This document shows positions 50,259 to 61,104 of a stretch of 64,000 nt of DNA, piece by piece. The DNA is from Mobula hypostoma (Eukaryota), in NCBI RefSeq assembly GCF_963921235.1, contig NC_086097.1, positions 150,910,001 to 150,974,000 on the forward strand, in the 5' to 3' direction. A program made the position numbers and the translations under genes. The notes beneath the pieces were generated by a model. It had not been told where the DNA came from and made no database searches. It saw only the letters and a program-made list of their open reading frames with translations. The first letter of the stretch is position 1. Each line of letters begins with the position of its first letter.

Positions 50259-50445
50259 ATCTCCCATCTTTTTTTATGTATATATTAAAGTATAAAGTAT
50301 AAAGTATATTTAAAAAAATAAATTGAAAAGAAAATTTAAAGACAATTAAAATGTCCGTTAGAATATGAGAATTAGTTCTAACCCTTAATCTTAATACAGT
50401 TCTTAATGTAGCAAATGCCTTTAACAGCATAAGAGCTGGCACCCC

Positions 50446-51815
50446 CTACTTTGTGAGGCAGTCAGCTAGATGTTCCTTTTTAGTTGACCATAGCACATGA
50501 TGAATTTTCTGCGCTTGGACAAGTTCTTTGATGTTGCTTATCTCTAGACAAAGCCTCTTCTCTGTAACTGACTTGGTGGATTTGATGGCATCAACCAAAG
50601 AGTAGTTGTCAGTGACGCAAGTTATTGGTAGAGTGTTCGTCTTTGGGTCACCATGGAAAAGCTCAGAACAGAGTGAGGCCAGATAAACAGCATTGTCAAT
50701 ACCTTCAGATATTGCATGGGTTTCTCTTGCCAGTGTACTACATACAATTCTTTGGATCCTTTTTGATTGCCAACAGTACTCCATCTGGAAGATTTCCAAG
50801 TGAGGTATCACTGAAGACAATGTGCTGTTGAAACATCAGGACTACTTTTTCAGATTGAATCTACACACTATCTAGTTTGCCTCATGTAAAGATTGCACTG
50901 CATTATTTTTTTGTACTGGATGCCAAGTTGCAGGCATCAAACATGATGTCAAGTCTGTTCTGCCTTGCCACCCAGAGAATTTGACCTATCTTTGACCTAC
51001 ATTCCCCCACTTCGGCTTCACTGAGGGATGCATCCTGTGGTGTAGTATGTGAGGATTCCATGTGAATTGTCTGAAGGTTCCTGATGTAGTTGTACTTGGA
51101 GCAGTTGTACTGTTCGCTCATCAACAAGGATGTCTATCCCTACATAGCAGAATCTGTCATGTTCCTCACATCCAACCTAACAGGTTGACTTTGCTGAGAG
51201 GTAACTGTTATGGCAAAGTTTTGTGAACCTCCCAATAGGAAGTCATCTACATGACAGGCAAGTACTCCAATCACGTGACATCCTGAATCCTGCCAGTAAA
51301 AACCAGCTAGACCCACTTGTGACATCTTTACACCTGTTTTCAACATTACTTTCTTGACCTTTTTACACCAGCAGAGTGATGCATCTGCTAGACCATACAC
51401 ATAGTTTCTGAGTTTCCAGAGATTTCCTTCACTTCTGGCTTCAGAGGTGGTTTAATGTGAATGTCACGGGACAGCTCCATTCTCTGTAAGATTGCGAATC
51501 TTATGTCCATGCAATGCGGTTGCCGATGCTCTTGATATATCACTAAGAGAAGCAGTCAGGGAGACTCTGATGCATATGTTGGTGAGTCTTTTTGGAGTTC
51601 TTTATGTTCAGTTCCTCAAAACCTCTAGTCACCGGGCATGCTTTTGGTATAATTCCTGTTGGGCTTTCTTTCAGGGTGCACGCCCATCTTGTAGACACTG
51701 TCTTTAGGCCAATGTTTCTGCCTTCCTCATACACTCCATTAGTTCTCCAAATACTGATTTCATTCTGTTTTGCAGATTCAAATGACACCTCCTTAGTTAC
51801 AAGGACAGCTTCCAC
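50446..51815 (-). pseudogene. Copia RT-RNase H remnant with frameshifts
   Basis: ORF pieces 51543-51815 (KQNEISIW...STRWACT.K..PKA..VTRGFEE), 51140-51400, 50903-51127 (KIGQILWVARQNRLDIMF) and 50446-50820. Confidence 0.88.
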
Positions 51816-52059
51816 TTGACATCTCTCGGTGGTCCAGCCTGATCTTTACTTGGTTCAATATGAAGTCTGTCTACACGTGACAGGTTGTCTGACTCTGCAG
51901 TGCCAGTAACTCTGGCTGGTTCTAGGTAATTCAAGTTTCACCAACTTTTGTTTCTCCCAGTGACTTTGCCTGCTCGTCTTAAGACTTCAACTTTGTATGA
52001 GATACCAGTGCCTTGGTCTACAAATTTCACAGTTTGTCCTGTTTTAAACTTAAAACTCA

Positions 52060-52772
52060 TGTAGCCCCCCTGGCAAGCCTCAGGGTTGCTCAGCTCAAGG
52101 TCATCTAGGGAAACAGCCCTCGGCCCCACCAAACTGGGTAATTAGTTTGTGTGGATGCTGTGCGATGTACCCCACCCTGCCCAAATAACAGACAATACAC
52201 CAGATACGATTAAATGAATTACAGTTTATAGATATTATTGGAACTATATAATTAATAGAGATAAAATATAAAAGGAAGATAAAAGGTGCCACACTTATCA
52301 AAGTTCAATCTCTTCGTGCACAAACAGTTGGAGCTCAGGACCTTCCTTCTTCACCCTGTGATCCCCTTGGACCACCTCGACCTGCCGCCTGGGACCAACA
52401 GCGGTGGTCAACCAGACGCTCCACATGAGTCTGTCTCTGTCTCCTCTCCTTGCCGAACACCCTGGACCTCGGACTCCTGCTCGGGGTCCAACCCTGTTAG
52501 CCGACTCACAGCACCTCGTCCATCCTCTCTCTCTCTCTCGAGCCTTCTGCCCAAAAACCCACGCATCACAATAACTTACAGACACACAGAAAGAATAACA
52601 TCTATCCCAATTGGTTCGTACATCCTCTTATCAATAACATAATCCAAACAAACTGCTAGCGGGAGGACTTTCTCAGCAGTTAACATAACAAAGAATCCAA
52701 TTCAATTATAACATAACAAAGAAGCCATTTTAATTAGCCTACGCAGTAACGTAAAAGAAGAAACCCCTTACA
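52060..52772 (-). mobile_element. Solo LTR (713 bp, Gypsy-type) nested in the Copia element
   Basis: TGTAGCCCCCC...CCCCTTACA inverted termini; 4-bp TSD CTCA / CCCA. Confidence 0.8.
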
Positions 52773-52916
52773 CCCATGTTGTCTTTGCTCTTGCGATGAT
52801 TTTTGTTCAGCCAAGTCTGTTGAATCCCCAACTGCACTCTCTTCAGCACTGTCTGTGCTATTTGGCACTGTATCAGGTAAGTTCTTTTCATTTCTTATGC
52901 TATTCTCCATAGAGTT

Positions 52917-53600
52917 CTAGTAGTCTTCATTCTGTGTTTTACGTAGACTGGAATGATGCACTCCAGCATAGGTACCTCCATGTCTCGTGAATACCACAAT
53001 TACATCCTGACCAATGACAACTCCAGAACCTTCCCATTCTGTAATGTCTGCTCTTTTGAAATACACTCTGTCCCCTATGTCATATTTGTCATTTGTAGGA
53101 GGGACCTGTGCCCTCAGTGCTGTTTGAATTCTCTCTGGACACTCTGCTTCAGCGAAAACCTTCCTTGATGCATGTAGTGCTGAAATATGCTTCCCAACCC
53201 ACTCACTCCTTGTAGTGCCCTCTAGAGCAGGTGGTTTGTCAGCCTGTACAGATGGAAGGTTTGGATTCTGGCTAAACACCAACTGATACGGGCTGTAGCC
53301 GTGAGCATTGTGCCTGGTATTGTTTGCCACAAGGGACCAGCCCAGTGCTGTGTTCCAATCACAGCCATTGCTTTTTTCTTTACCTTCAGAATTATTTCAG
53401 TAAGCATTTGATTGTGTCACTCTAGAAGTCCATTACTCCAAGGACTGTATGCTGCTGCTGTCTTTCTCTCAATGTTAAAGTTCTCCGCCTTATCTCTGAA
53501 TTCATCATTATTAAGTTCACCGCCATTATCACCGAATACCTTCCGAGGTAGGCCTTGTAGACTGATTCAGGATTGGATGAAGTTTTTTACTATCTGTACT
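52917..53600 (-). pseudogene. Copia integrase core and C-terminal remnant
   Basis: DNGGELNNDEFR..ENFNI..TAAAYSPWSNGLLE; GYSPYQLVFSQNPNLPS; YDIGDRVYFKR..WEGSGVVIGQD. Confidence 0.85.
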
Positions 53601-53649
53601 TGTTTATTGGATTTGTGCCAGGTAATGATACTCTTGTCTGGTCAATTTA

Positions 53650-54143
53650 GGATCTACGCTTGTGACTCTTGTTTCTGCTCAGTGAAGTATGCCATTTCCT
53701 GACTCAAACTAATTCTGACTGTTGTCTTAGCGGCCTTTTCTCCAAAAATCCTCTTTAGAGCTGATTTCATAGATGCACATGTAAGTTCTGTACTTTGCAG
53801 TTATCGTTAAGTGTCTGTTCTTTATGTCTAGATACCCAGTATCCAACAACTTAAAAGCCAACACTGTGTCAGGAAGTTCCAATTTGTATTTACACTTGTA
53901 ATAGTACTTTTGTTCAAAATCAGTAATATAATCAGTCATATTTCTAGAACTATCCCTGTAAATTTTGTCTAAGTCTGAACATGCATCATAAATCCAATCC
54001 TTTACTTCTTTCAAAAAAAAATCAAATGTATTTATTAGCATAAGTCTTCGACTGAAATTCCCATATTCCGATTTCATTTTTTCCAGCTCTCGTTAAGGTT
54101 TGCTCTCATTAAATGCCGGCAGGATCCTGTAATTGGAAACCAT
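53650..54143 (-). pseudogene. Copia gag remnant
   Basis: ATG at 54143 gives MVSNYRILPAFNESKP, then a frameshift; ORF 53727-54077 MTDYITDFEQKY..KLELPDTVLAFKLLD. Confidence 0.75.
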
Positions 54144-54155
54144 CCGCTGCTACCA
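54136..54155 (-). promoter_or_regulatory. Primer-binding site for initiator tRNA-Met
   Basis: TGGTAGCAGCGGATGGTTTC one base inside the 5' LTR; differs at one position from the complement of the vertebrate tRNA-iMet 3' end (TGGTAGCAGAGGATGGTTTC). Confidence 0.88.
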
Positions 54156-54156
54156 C

Positions 54157-54358
54157 TGTTAATGCCCAAAACAATAAAGACAAGTTTTTCCTTCATTTAA
54201 ACAACTTTACTTTCAACTGCTCCATTTAATATGTAAGTGCTGCCACCTTAATGCCCACAATTCACCCCCCCCATTCTCTTCTGGCATGCAGGTGCATAAC
54301 AGGGAAAGTGAGCATGCCTACTAAATACTTACACCCGCCAGATGACCAGAACTCAGCA
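54157..54358 (-). repeat. Copia 5' LTR (202 bp)
   Basis: Direct repeat of 50063-50258. Confidence 0.9.
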
Positions 54359-54414
54359 ACTTGGACAGTGTCAATTATTCCCTATCAACAAAGACCCTTA
54401 TTCAGTGTTAGCTG

Positions 54415-54650
54415 TTCAAAGTTCCAAGTAAATTTGTTTTCAAAGTACACAAAGGTCACCATATACTACTCTGAGTTTCATTTTTTGGCAGATATTCACA
54501 GTAGATGAAAAGAAATACAATAGAATTGCTGAAAAACTATACACAAAGGAAGACCAACAACCAAGAGAAGACAAACTATGCAAATAAAAAGCAAATAATA
54601 AAAAAACAAACAAATAAACATATAATACGTACTAATAATTTGCAATAATA
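54415..54650 (-). mobile_element. Rex1-type 3' UTR fragment
   Basis: GTTCAAAGTTCCAAGTAAATTTG..TCAAAGTAC tail as at 35483 and 3567. Confidence 0.6.
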
Positions 54651-55606
54651 TTTGCAGAAAGCCATGTTGGTACCATCTGGATCGTTCTGAATTTTTGATG
54701 CATTGCTACAGTATAGAGAGATCTTTGCTCTATGTTTGGCCATTTCATACTTCCTTGAAGATGCTATTAAGTTCATGTAATGGAAAACCTTTTGTCCTCC
54801 AAAATTTACATTTTCTAATTTGGGGAAGGTAAAACTTAAAAACTAATGAAGAATCCTACAATTTTTAAATTTTTATTTCACCTGCACCGTTTGCTAAAGA
54901 GTGAGCAAATGCAAACTGACTATTTCGAAATTCCGGATGTATCACATCTCTATTTAACTCATGCAAGTAAAATAACATGCCTGGGGCAGCATATGAAAAT
55001 CTGTCTATTCCTTTCCTACATAATTATGTTCCAGGAACCTTTTCATTGCTGATCATGACTACAAGCACTTTCACAGATTTAAGTAGCAAGCATATACCCT
55101 TTGTTCTTTGTTTTTTATATAAAAGTTTTTTTTAACATTGATGTTCTTCATATATATCTCCAGTGACTCTATAAAGCAAAAATGTCAATTAAATCTTCTC
55201 CATTTGATTGAATCACTAACTATAATACTTGATTTGTTATCATAGTCTTTTTTTCACATTTCCTTACATCACAGAAGATGGGCATTCAGCTCTTGCGTCT
55301 GTGCCAGAGCCATCCCATCAATCCCATTTCCCTCCTAGTTTCCCAGCAACCCATTCTCTGTATGCTCCTTAAATCCTCCAGGATTCCACAACCACCACCC
55401 ACATTTAGGGCTACATACAGTAGCCAATTAACCTACCAAATGGCGCAACCTTGTGGAAGGATGTGGAAGGAAGTAGAGCATCTGGAGGAAACCAATGCTT
55501 ACAAAAGGAAAACAACAGGAATTCTGCAGATGCTGGAAATTCAAGCAACACACATCAAAGTTGCTGGTGAACGCAGCAGGCCAGGCAGCATCTATAGGAA
55601 GAGGCG

Positions 55607-55644
55607 CAGTCGACGTTTCAGGCCGAGACCCTTCGTCAGGACTA
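55607..55644 (-). ncRNA. Minimal type-I hammerhead ribozyme motif
   Basis: Reverse strand: UAGUC CUGACGA AGG-GUCUCGG-CCU GAAA C GUC GACUG. Confidence 0.8.
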
Positions 55645-55942
55645 ACTGAAGGAAGAGTGAGTAAGGGATTTGAAAGCTGGAGGGGGAGGGGGAGATGCAA
55701 AATGATAGGAGAAGACAGGAGGGGGAGGGATGGAGCCAAGAGCTGGACAGGTGATAAGCAAAAGGGATACGAGAGGATCATGGGACAGGAGGTCCAGGAA
55801 GAAAGACGGGGGGGGGTGGGGGGGTGACCCAGAGGATGGGCAAGAGGTATATTCAGAGGGACAGAGGGAGAAAAAGGAGAGTGAGAGAAAGAATGTGTGC
55901 ATAAAAAAGAGTAACAGATGGGGTACGAGGGGGAGGTGGGGC

Positions 55943-57044
55943 CTAGCGGAAGTTAGAGAAGTCAATGTTCATGCCATCAGGTTGGAGGCTACCCATACGG
56001 AATATAAGGTGTTGTTCCTCCAACCTGAGTGTGGCTTCATCTTTACAGTAGAGGAGGCCGTGGATAGACATGTCAGAATGGGAATGGGATGTGGAATTAA
56101 AATGTGTGGCCACTGGGAGATCCTGCTTTCTCTGGCGGACAGAGCGTAGATGTTCAGCAAAGCGGTCTCCCAGTCTGCGTCGGGTCTCACCAATATATAA
56201 AAGGCCACATCGGGAGCACCGGACGCAGTATATCACCCCAGTCGACTCACAGGTGAAGTGATGCCTCACCTGGAAGGACTGTTTGGGGCCCTGAATGGTG
56301 GTAAGGGAGGAAGTGTAAGGGCATGTGTAGCACTTGTTCCGCTTACACGGATAAGTGCCAGGAGGGAGATCAGTGGGGAGGGATGGGGGGGACGAATGGA
56401 CAAGGGAGTTGTGTAGGGAGCGATCCCTGCAGAATGCAGAGGGGGGGGGAGGGAAAGATATGCTTAGTGGTGGGATCCCGTTGGAGGTGGCGGAAGTTAC
56501 GGAGAATAATATGTTGGACCCGGAGGCTGGTGGGGTGGTAGGTGAGGACCAGGGGAACCCTATTCCTAGTGGGGTGGTGGGAGGATGGAGTGAGAGCAGA
56601 TGTACGTGAAATGGGGGAGATGCGTTTAAGAGCAGAGTTGATAGTGGAGGAAGGGAAGCCCCTTTCTTTAAAAAATGAAGACATCTCCCTCGTCCTAGAA
56701 TGAAAAGCCTCATCCTGAGAGCAGATGCGGCGGAGACGGAGGAATTGCGAGAAGGGGATGGCGTTTTTGCAAGAGACAGGGTGAGAAGAGGAATAGTCCA
56801 GATAGCTGTGAGAGTCAGTAGGCTTATAGTAGACATCAGTGGATAAGCTGTCTCCAGAGACAGAGACAGAAAGATCTAGAAAGGGGAGGGAGGTGTCGGA
56901 AATGGACCAGGTAAACTTGAGGGCAGGGTGAAAGTTGGAGGCAAAGTTAATAAAGTCAACGAGTTCTGCATGTGTGCAGGAAGCAGCGCCAATGCAGTCG
57001 TCGATGTAGCGAAGGAAAAGTGGGGGACAGATACCAGAATAGGT
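55943..57044 (-). pseudogene. PLE polyprotein C-terminal part: RT C-terminus, CxxxxCxxC linker, GIY-YIG endonuclease
   Basis: FLRYIDDCIG (YIDD at 56997-57008), LPFLDL, YYKPTDSHSYL, IPFSQFLRLRRICS; frameshift at the G9 run 56441-56449; then PCKRNKCYTC..FTCESTGVIYCVRCSRCGLLYIGETRRRLGDRFAEH..VATHF..LQPDGMN. Confidence 0.92.
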
Positions 57045-57419
57045 AGGAACAACACCTTATATTCCGTATGGGTAGCCTCCAACCTGATGGCATGAACATT
57101 GACTTCTCTAACTTCCACTAGGCCCCACCTCCCCCTCGTACCCCATCTGTTACTCTTTTTTATGCACACATTCTTTCTCTCACTCTCCTTTTTCTCCCTC
57201 TGTCCCTCTGAATATACCTCTTGCCCATCCTCTGGGTCACCCCCCCACCCCCCCCGTCTTTCTTCCCGGACCTCCTGTCCCATGATCCTCTCGTATCCCC
57301 TTCTGCCTATCACCTGTCCAGCTCTCGGCTCCATCCCTCCCCCTCCTGTCTTCTCCTATCATTTTGCATCTCCCCCTCCCCCTCCAGCTTTCAAATCCCT
57401 TACTCACTCTTCCTTCAGT

Positions 57420-57457
57420 TAGTCCTGACGAAGGGTCTCAGCCTGAAACGTCGACTG
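57420..57457 (+). ncRNA. Minimal type-I hammerhead ribozyme motif
   Basis: UAGUC CUGACGA(57425-57431) AGG-GUCUCAG-CCU GAAA C GUC GACUG; predicted cleavage after C57452. Confidence 0.8.
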
Positions 57458-57611
57458 CGCCTCTTCCTATAGATGCTGCCTGGCCTGCTGCGTTCACCAG
57501 CAACTTTGATGTGTGTTGCTTACAAAAGGAGCTAATACAAACTCCACACAGAAGGCATCAGAGGTCAGGATTGAACCAGGGACACTGGATCTATCAGGCA
57601 GCAACAATAAC

Positions 57612-57800
57612 CAATTATTGTTGTTCCTTTCCACACCTTGTGGCACATTGGGCAGCAAGCTTGCCATTTCTTTGGCATTTTTATCTGTTCATTACGAGGC
57701 CGAGTTGCTAGTTTGATGTTCAACTCAGCACAGATGGAAAGCGTGCAAGGAGCTGGCCGGATTTGAACCATGGATCACTTGCTTCGCAATCCAGTGTGGA
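57612..57800 (-). mobile_element. tRNA-derived SINE (same family as 49455-49660)
   Basis: GAGGCCGAGTTGCTAG..CAGCACAGATGGAAAGCGTGCAAGGAGCTGGCCGGATTTGAACC. Confidence 0.7.
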
Positions 57801-57844
57801 TTAACTTATTATTGCTTTCTTCCTTATTTGCTAAACCAAAATGT

Positions 57845-57890
57845 ATAATAATAATAATAATAACAACAGCAACAACAATAATAATAACAA
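57845..57890. repeat. (TAA/CAA)n microsatellite
   Basis: Seen directly. Confidence 0.9.
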
Positions 57891-58612
57891 ACCTCTTCCC
57901 AGAAACAGAAGGGTTCCTTGTGGCAATACAGGACCAGGTGGTTAACACAAAAAATATCAAAAATGCATCATAAAAGATCAACAGATTCAAGATGATAAAT
58001 GTAGAAAATGCTGAGAAAAAACAGAAACAATCCAACACATTACAGGATCCTGTAACGGTTTAACACAATCTGATTACTTACACAGGCACAATCAAGTGGC
58101 AAACATTATTCATTAAAAGCTTGCTTTAAAATACAAAGTCACAAATGAAATCACACTTTACTATACATGCAGGTCTGATCCAGTCTTAGAATCAGAATAC
58201 CACAAATTATATTATGACCGATCAGTTATTACAGACAAGACAATCCATAAATACCATCCAGATATAATAATACGGGATAAACAAGCAAAAACAACTTGTT
58301 TAATAGATATGGCCATTCCAAGCACACATAACCTACAGAAATCAATCAGTGAAAAACACCAGAAATATGCTGAAATAAAAGAGAAAATTGAAAGTTTTTG
58401 GAACACGAGCAAGTCTACATTGTCCTGATAGTAATATTTACAACTGGTATCCCAATAGCATTAAACAATTAGGGCTGCACAGTAATATTTATGTAAATCT
58501 TCAGAAAGCCTCTAGAATAGTCCAAAAGTTCCTAGCAATTGACAAATAAGTGTGTTTGGCTATGTCCGTACCTCAGGTTTTATCAGCTTGAGTTGAGAAA
58601 AAATAAATAAAA
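57891..58612 (+). mobile_element. R4/Dong-clade non-LTR retrotransposon 3' fragment (CCHC knuckle and RLE endonuclease), degenerate
   Basis: LFPETEGFLVAIQDQVVNTKN; DKCRKC..ETIQHITGSC; YLHRHNQVANIIH; HPDIIIRDKQAKTTCLIDMAIP; EKHQKYAE. Confidence 0.85.
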
Positions 58613-59720
58613 ATAATAACATATTTATGGTGCACTTTTCACACAAACAGTGTATCAAATTGCTTTACAATGGGATAAATGGCAAACATGAAAATAAAAA
58701 ACAAAAAGATGTTCGTTAAAAGCAAGTTTAACTAAATAGATTTTGAACCCACGTTTAAAAGTATCAACTGAGTGTGCGTCCCTTTATTTTTAGGTATTGA
58801 GTTCCACGGTTTAGGAGTGTAGTTCAGAAAAGCTGACCTGCTGATTTTCTTTTGAGGAAGATTGTTTAAATTTAAGAGACAAACGGAAGAAGACCTGAAG
58901 GCCGCAGCGGGGTTATGAAACAAAAGCACTTCTGTGATGTACCCAGGTCCCAGACCTCTGAAAGGTTTAAAATCAAAGAAGGGAAATTTAAAATCAGTTC
59001 TAAAAGATACAGGAAGCCAATGCAAACACGAGGAATTCTGCAGATGCTGGAAATTCAAGCAACACACATCAAAGTTGCTGGTGAATGCAGCAGGACAGGC
59101 AGCATCTCTAGGAAGAGGTACAGTCGACGTTTCAGGCCGAGACCCTTCGTCAAGACTAACTGAAGGAAGAGCTAGTAAGAGATTTGAAAGTGAGAGGGAG
59201 AGGGGGAGATCCAAAACGATAGGAGAAGACAGGAGGGGGAGGGATGGAGCCAAGACCTGGAGAGGTGATTGGCAAAAGGGATATGAGAGGATCATGGGAC
59301 AGGAGGTCTGGGGAGAAGGAAAATGGGAAGGGGGGGAAAAACCCAGAGGATGGGCAAGGGGTATAGTCAGAGGGACAGAGGGAGAAAAAGGAGAGAGAGA
59401 GAGAGAGAGAGAAAGAATGTGTGTATATAAATAAATAACGGATGGGGTATGAGGGGGAGGTGGGGCATTAGAAGAAGTTAGAGAAGTCAATGTTCATGCC
59501 ATCAGGTTGGAGGCTACCCAGACGGAATATAAGGTGTTGTTCCTCCAACCTGAGTGTGGCTCCATCTTTACAGTAGTTAGGTCAGGACTGATATGCTCCC
59601 TCTTCCTGTTTTTCATTAAAAATCTAACTGCAGTATTCTGAATGAGTTGAATTTTGTCAGTAATTGCTTTGGAAGGCCAGTAAAAAGTGCATTGCAGTAA
59701 TCTAGTCTATTCAATATAAA
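58613..59720 (-). mobile_element. L2-clade LINE 3' end, interrupted by a PLE
   Basis: LHWLPVSFRTDFK..FRGLGPGYI..RSAF...PKPWNSIP (end of ORF 58732-59490); 3' UTR TGTAAAGCA.TTTG..GTGTGAAAAGTGC..TAAAT. Confidence 0.8.
59024..59575 (-). mobile_element. Penelope-like 3' end / pLTR, sister subfamily of 55510-57521
   Basis: Colinear with 55512-56050; hammerhead at 59121-59158 carries a core substitution (UUGACGA). Confidence 0.9.
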
Positions 59721-60609
59721 GGCATGAATTAGTTTTTCAGCATCATTTCATTTGATGTGGGAATATGATGAGCTTCATTTTGCCAAAAGTAGTGGTTTGA
59801 CAGCTAGCATTTAAAGATAAATTTATCAGTACAGCAGGGAGTTGTAATGCCTGACACTTCAATGGAGTCTCTTCATGAAGAAGTGGATTGTGAGACAAGC
59901 TGACACAAAAAAATGTATGTACAAAGAGTGACTTGTTCAGAAGAAGTAGCATTTTCTAAATTATTCTAAGACTTCATGTTTCTTCGGCATTTGTTTTACC
60001 TCCTTAGCTGAGAGTAGGTTGTCCTCCTGAAAGCAATTAATGTGTTATCCTTGGTAGATACTTAATATAACTGAGTGACTTGCTGAGTGATTTCGGAGGG
60101 CAGTTAATAACTACCCACTTAAAGTGTTTCTTAAGATGCAATGAAGCCAGAGAGATTAGGGATATAAATTTCCCTTTCCTAATAAACACAATGTGAAAAC
60201 TGTGCTTGGTTTTATTACTTGCCTGTTAGTAATTAACAGCTTTGATCTGAAAATCTCTTGAATCAATGGTAATCAGAATCACAAATACTCTGTGGTGAAA
60301 ATGGTTAAAGAAATATCTAAGACCACTGGAAATCAACATGATGATACTGGATTAAACTTCCTGTCTGCCTGATATCTGTGGGGTGGGTGGGCACGATTAA
60401 ATTAAATGAATAATTCCGCAATTCTTAAATCAATGCTGCAAGTGTCCTGTGCTGACCTTACTATAAACTGTTTGATACATAATTATGCCAGTCCATCCCA
60501 AACCATATATCTACATCTAACGAGATAAACAGTTAGGGATGGACTAACATGATTATGCATCAAATAGTTTATAGTAAGATTATAATAAGATGTACATAAA
60601 TCTTATTAT

Positions 60610-60710
60610 AATTTATAGTTTTTATTATTATGTATTGCAATGTACTACTGCCGCAAAATGACAAATTTCATGACATATGCCAGTGATATTAAACATGATT
60701 CTGATTCTGG
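60610..60710 (+). mobile_element. Rex1-type 3' tail
   Basis: ACAAATTTCATGACATATGCCAGTGATATTAAACATGATTCTGATTCTG as at 3497-3545 and 40489-40545. Confidence 0.65.
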
Positions 60711-61104
60711 ATCTTTCCTGAAGAAGGACTGAAATCTTGTGTAATAGTAACCCAGTAAAGGAGCTATATTACCTAATCATAGCAGAATTTGTATGCCATC
60801 GTTTATCTTCGTATTCACTTCACTACATTATCTAGATATTGACAGTGACAAGTTTTCCTACTACTCCACTAATTCCTTCCTGCGCCAGCCTGTGTTAATT
60901 ATAGTTCCTCAATTTTGCATGTATGTCACCCGTGATTTCATCCTTTGTGCAGCACTCTATGTTATCAGTGTTAAATTTTTGCACCTATCTCTCCATCTAG
61001 CAAATATATTGATTCAAATCCTTCCAGAAATTGTTAATATACTCCTGTTCACACCATCTGCAAATTGCAGGTGGTAACAATCCACAGCTAACGTATCAAT
61101 GAAG

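Larger units (their letters stand above)
50063..54358 (-). mobile_element. Ty1/Copia LTR retrotransposon, GalEa-like, full boundaries, internally deleted and degenerate
   Basis: LTRs 50063-50258 and 54157-54358 (TG...CA); TSD ACTTG at 50058-50062 and 54359-54363. Domain order gag-integrase-RT-RNase H; RT YGLADAS..W and CHVDDF; RNase H WQSKRIQRIVCSTLARET..TDNYSL..TEKRL..LADCLTK. Confidence 0.92.
55510..57521 (-). mobile_element. Penelope-like element (Neptune-type), 5'-truncated, with 477-bp inverted terminal arms, inserted in an HE1-like SINE
   Basis: Arms 55543-56019 and 57045-57521 are near-perfect reverse complements; duplication TGCTTACAAAAGGA at 55496-55509 and 57517-57530. Confidence 0.93.

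Noticed and set aside
55943..56836. 297-aa ORF as a stand-alone GIY-YIG nuclease gene
   Set aside because: The N-terminal half is an off-frame reading of PLE RT; the true frame shifts at the G9 run
58732..59490. 252-aa ORF
   Set aside because: Chimeric read-through of a PLE non-coding terminus into L2 RT
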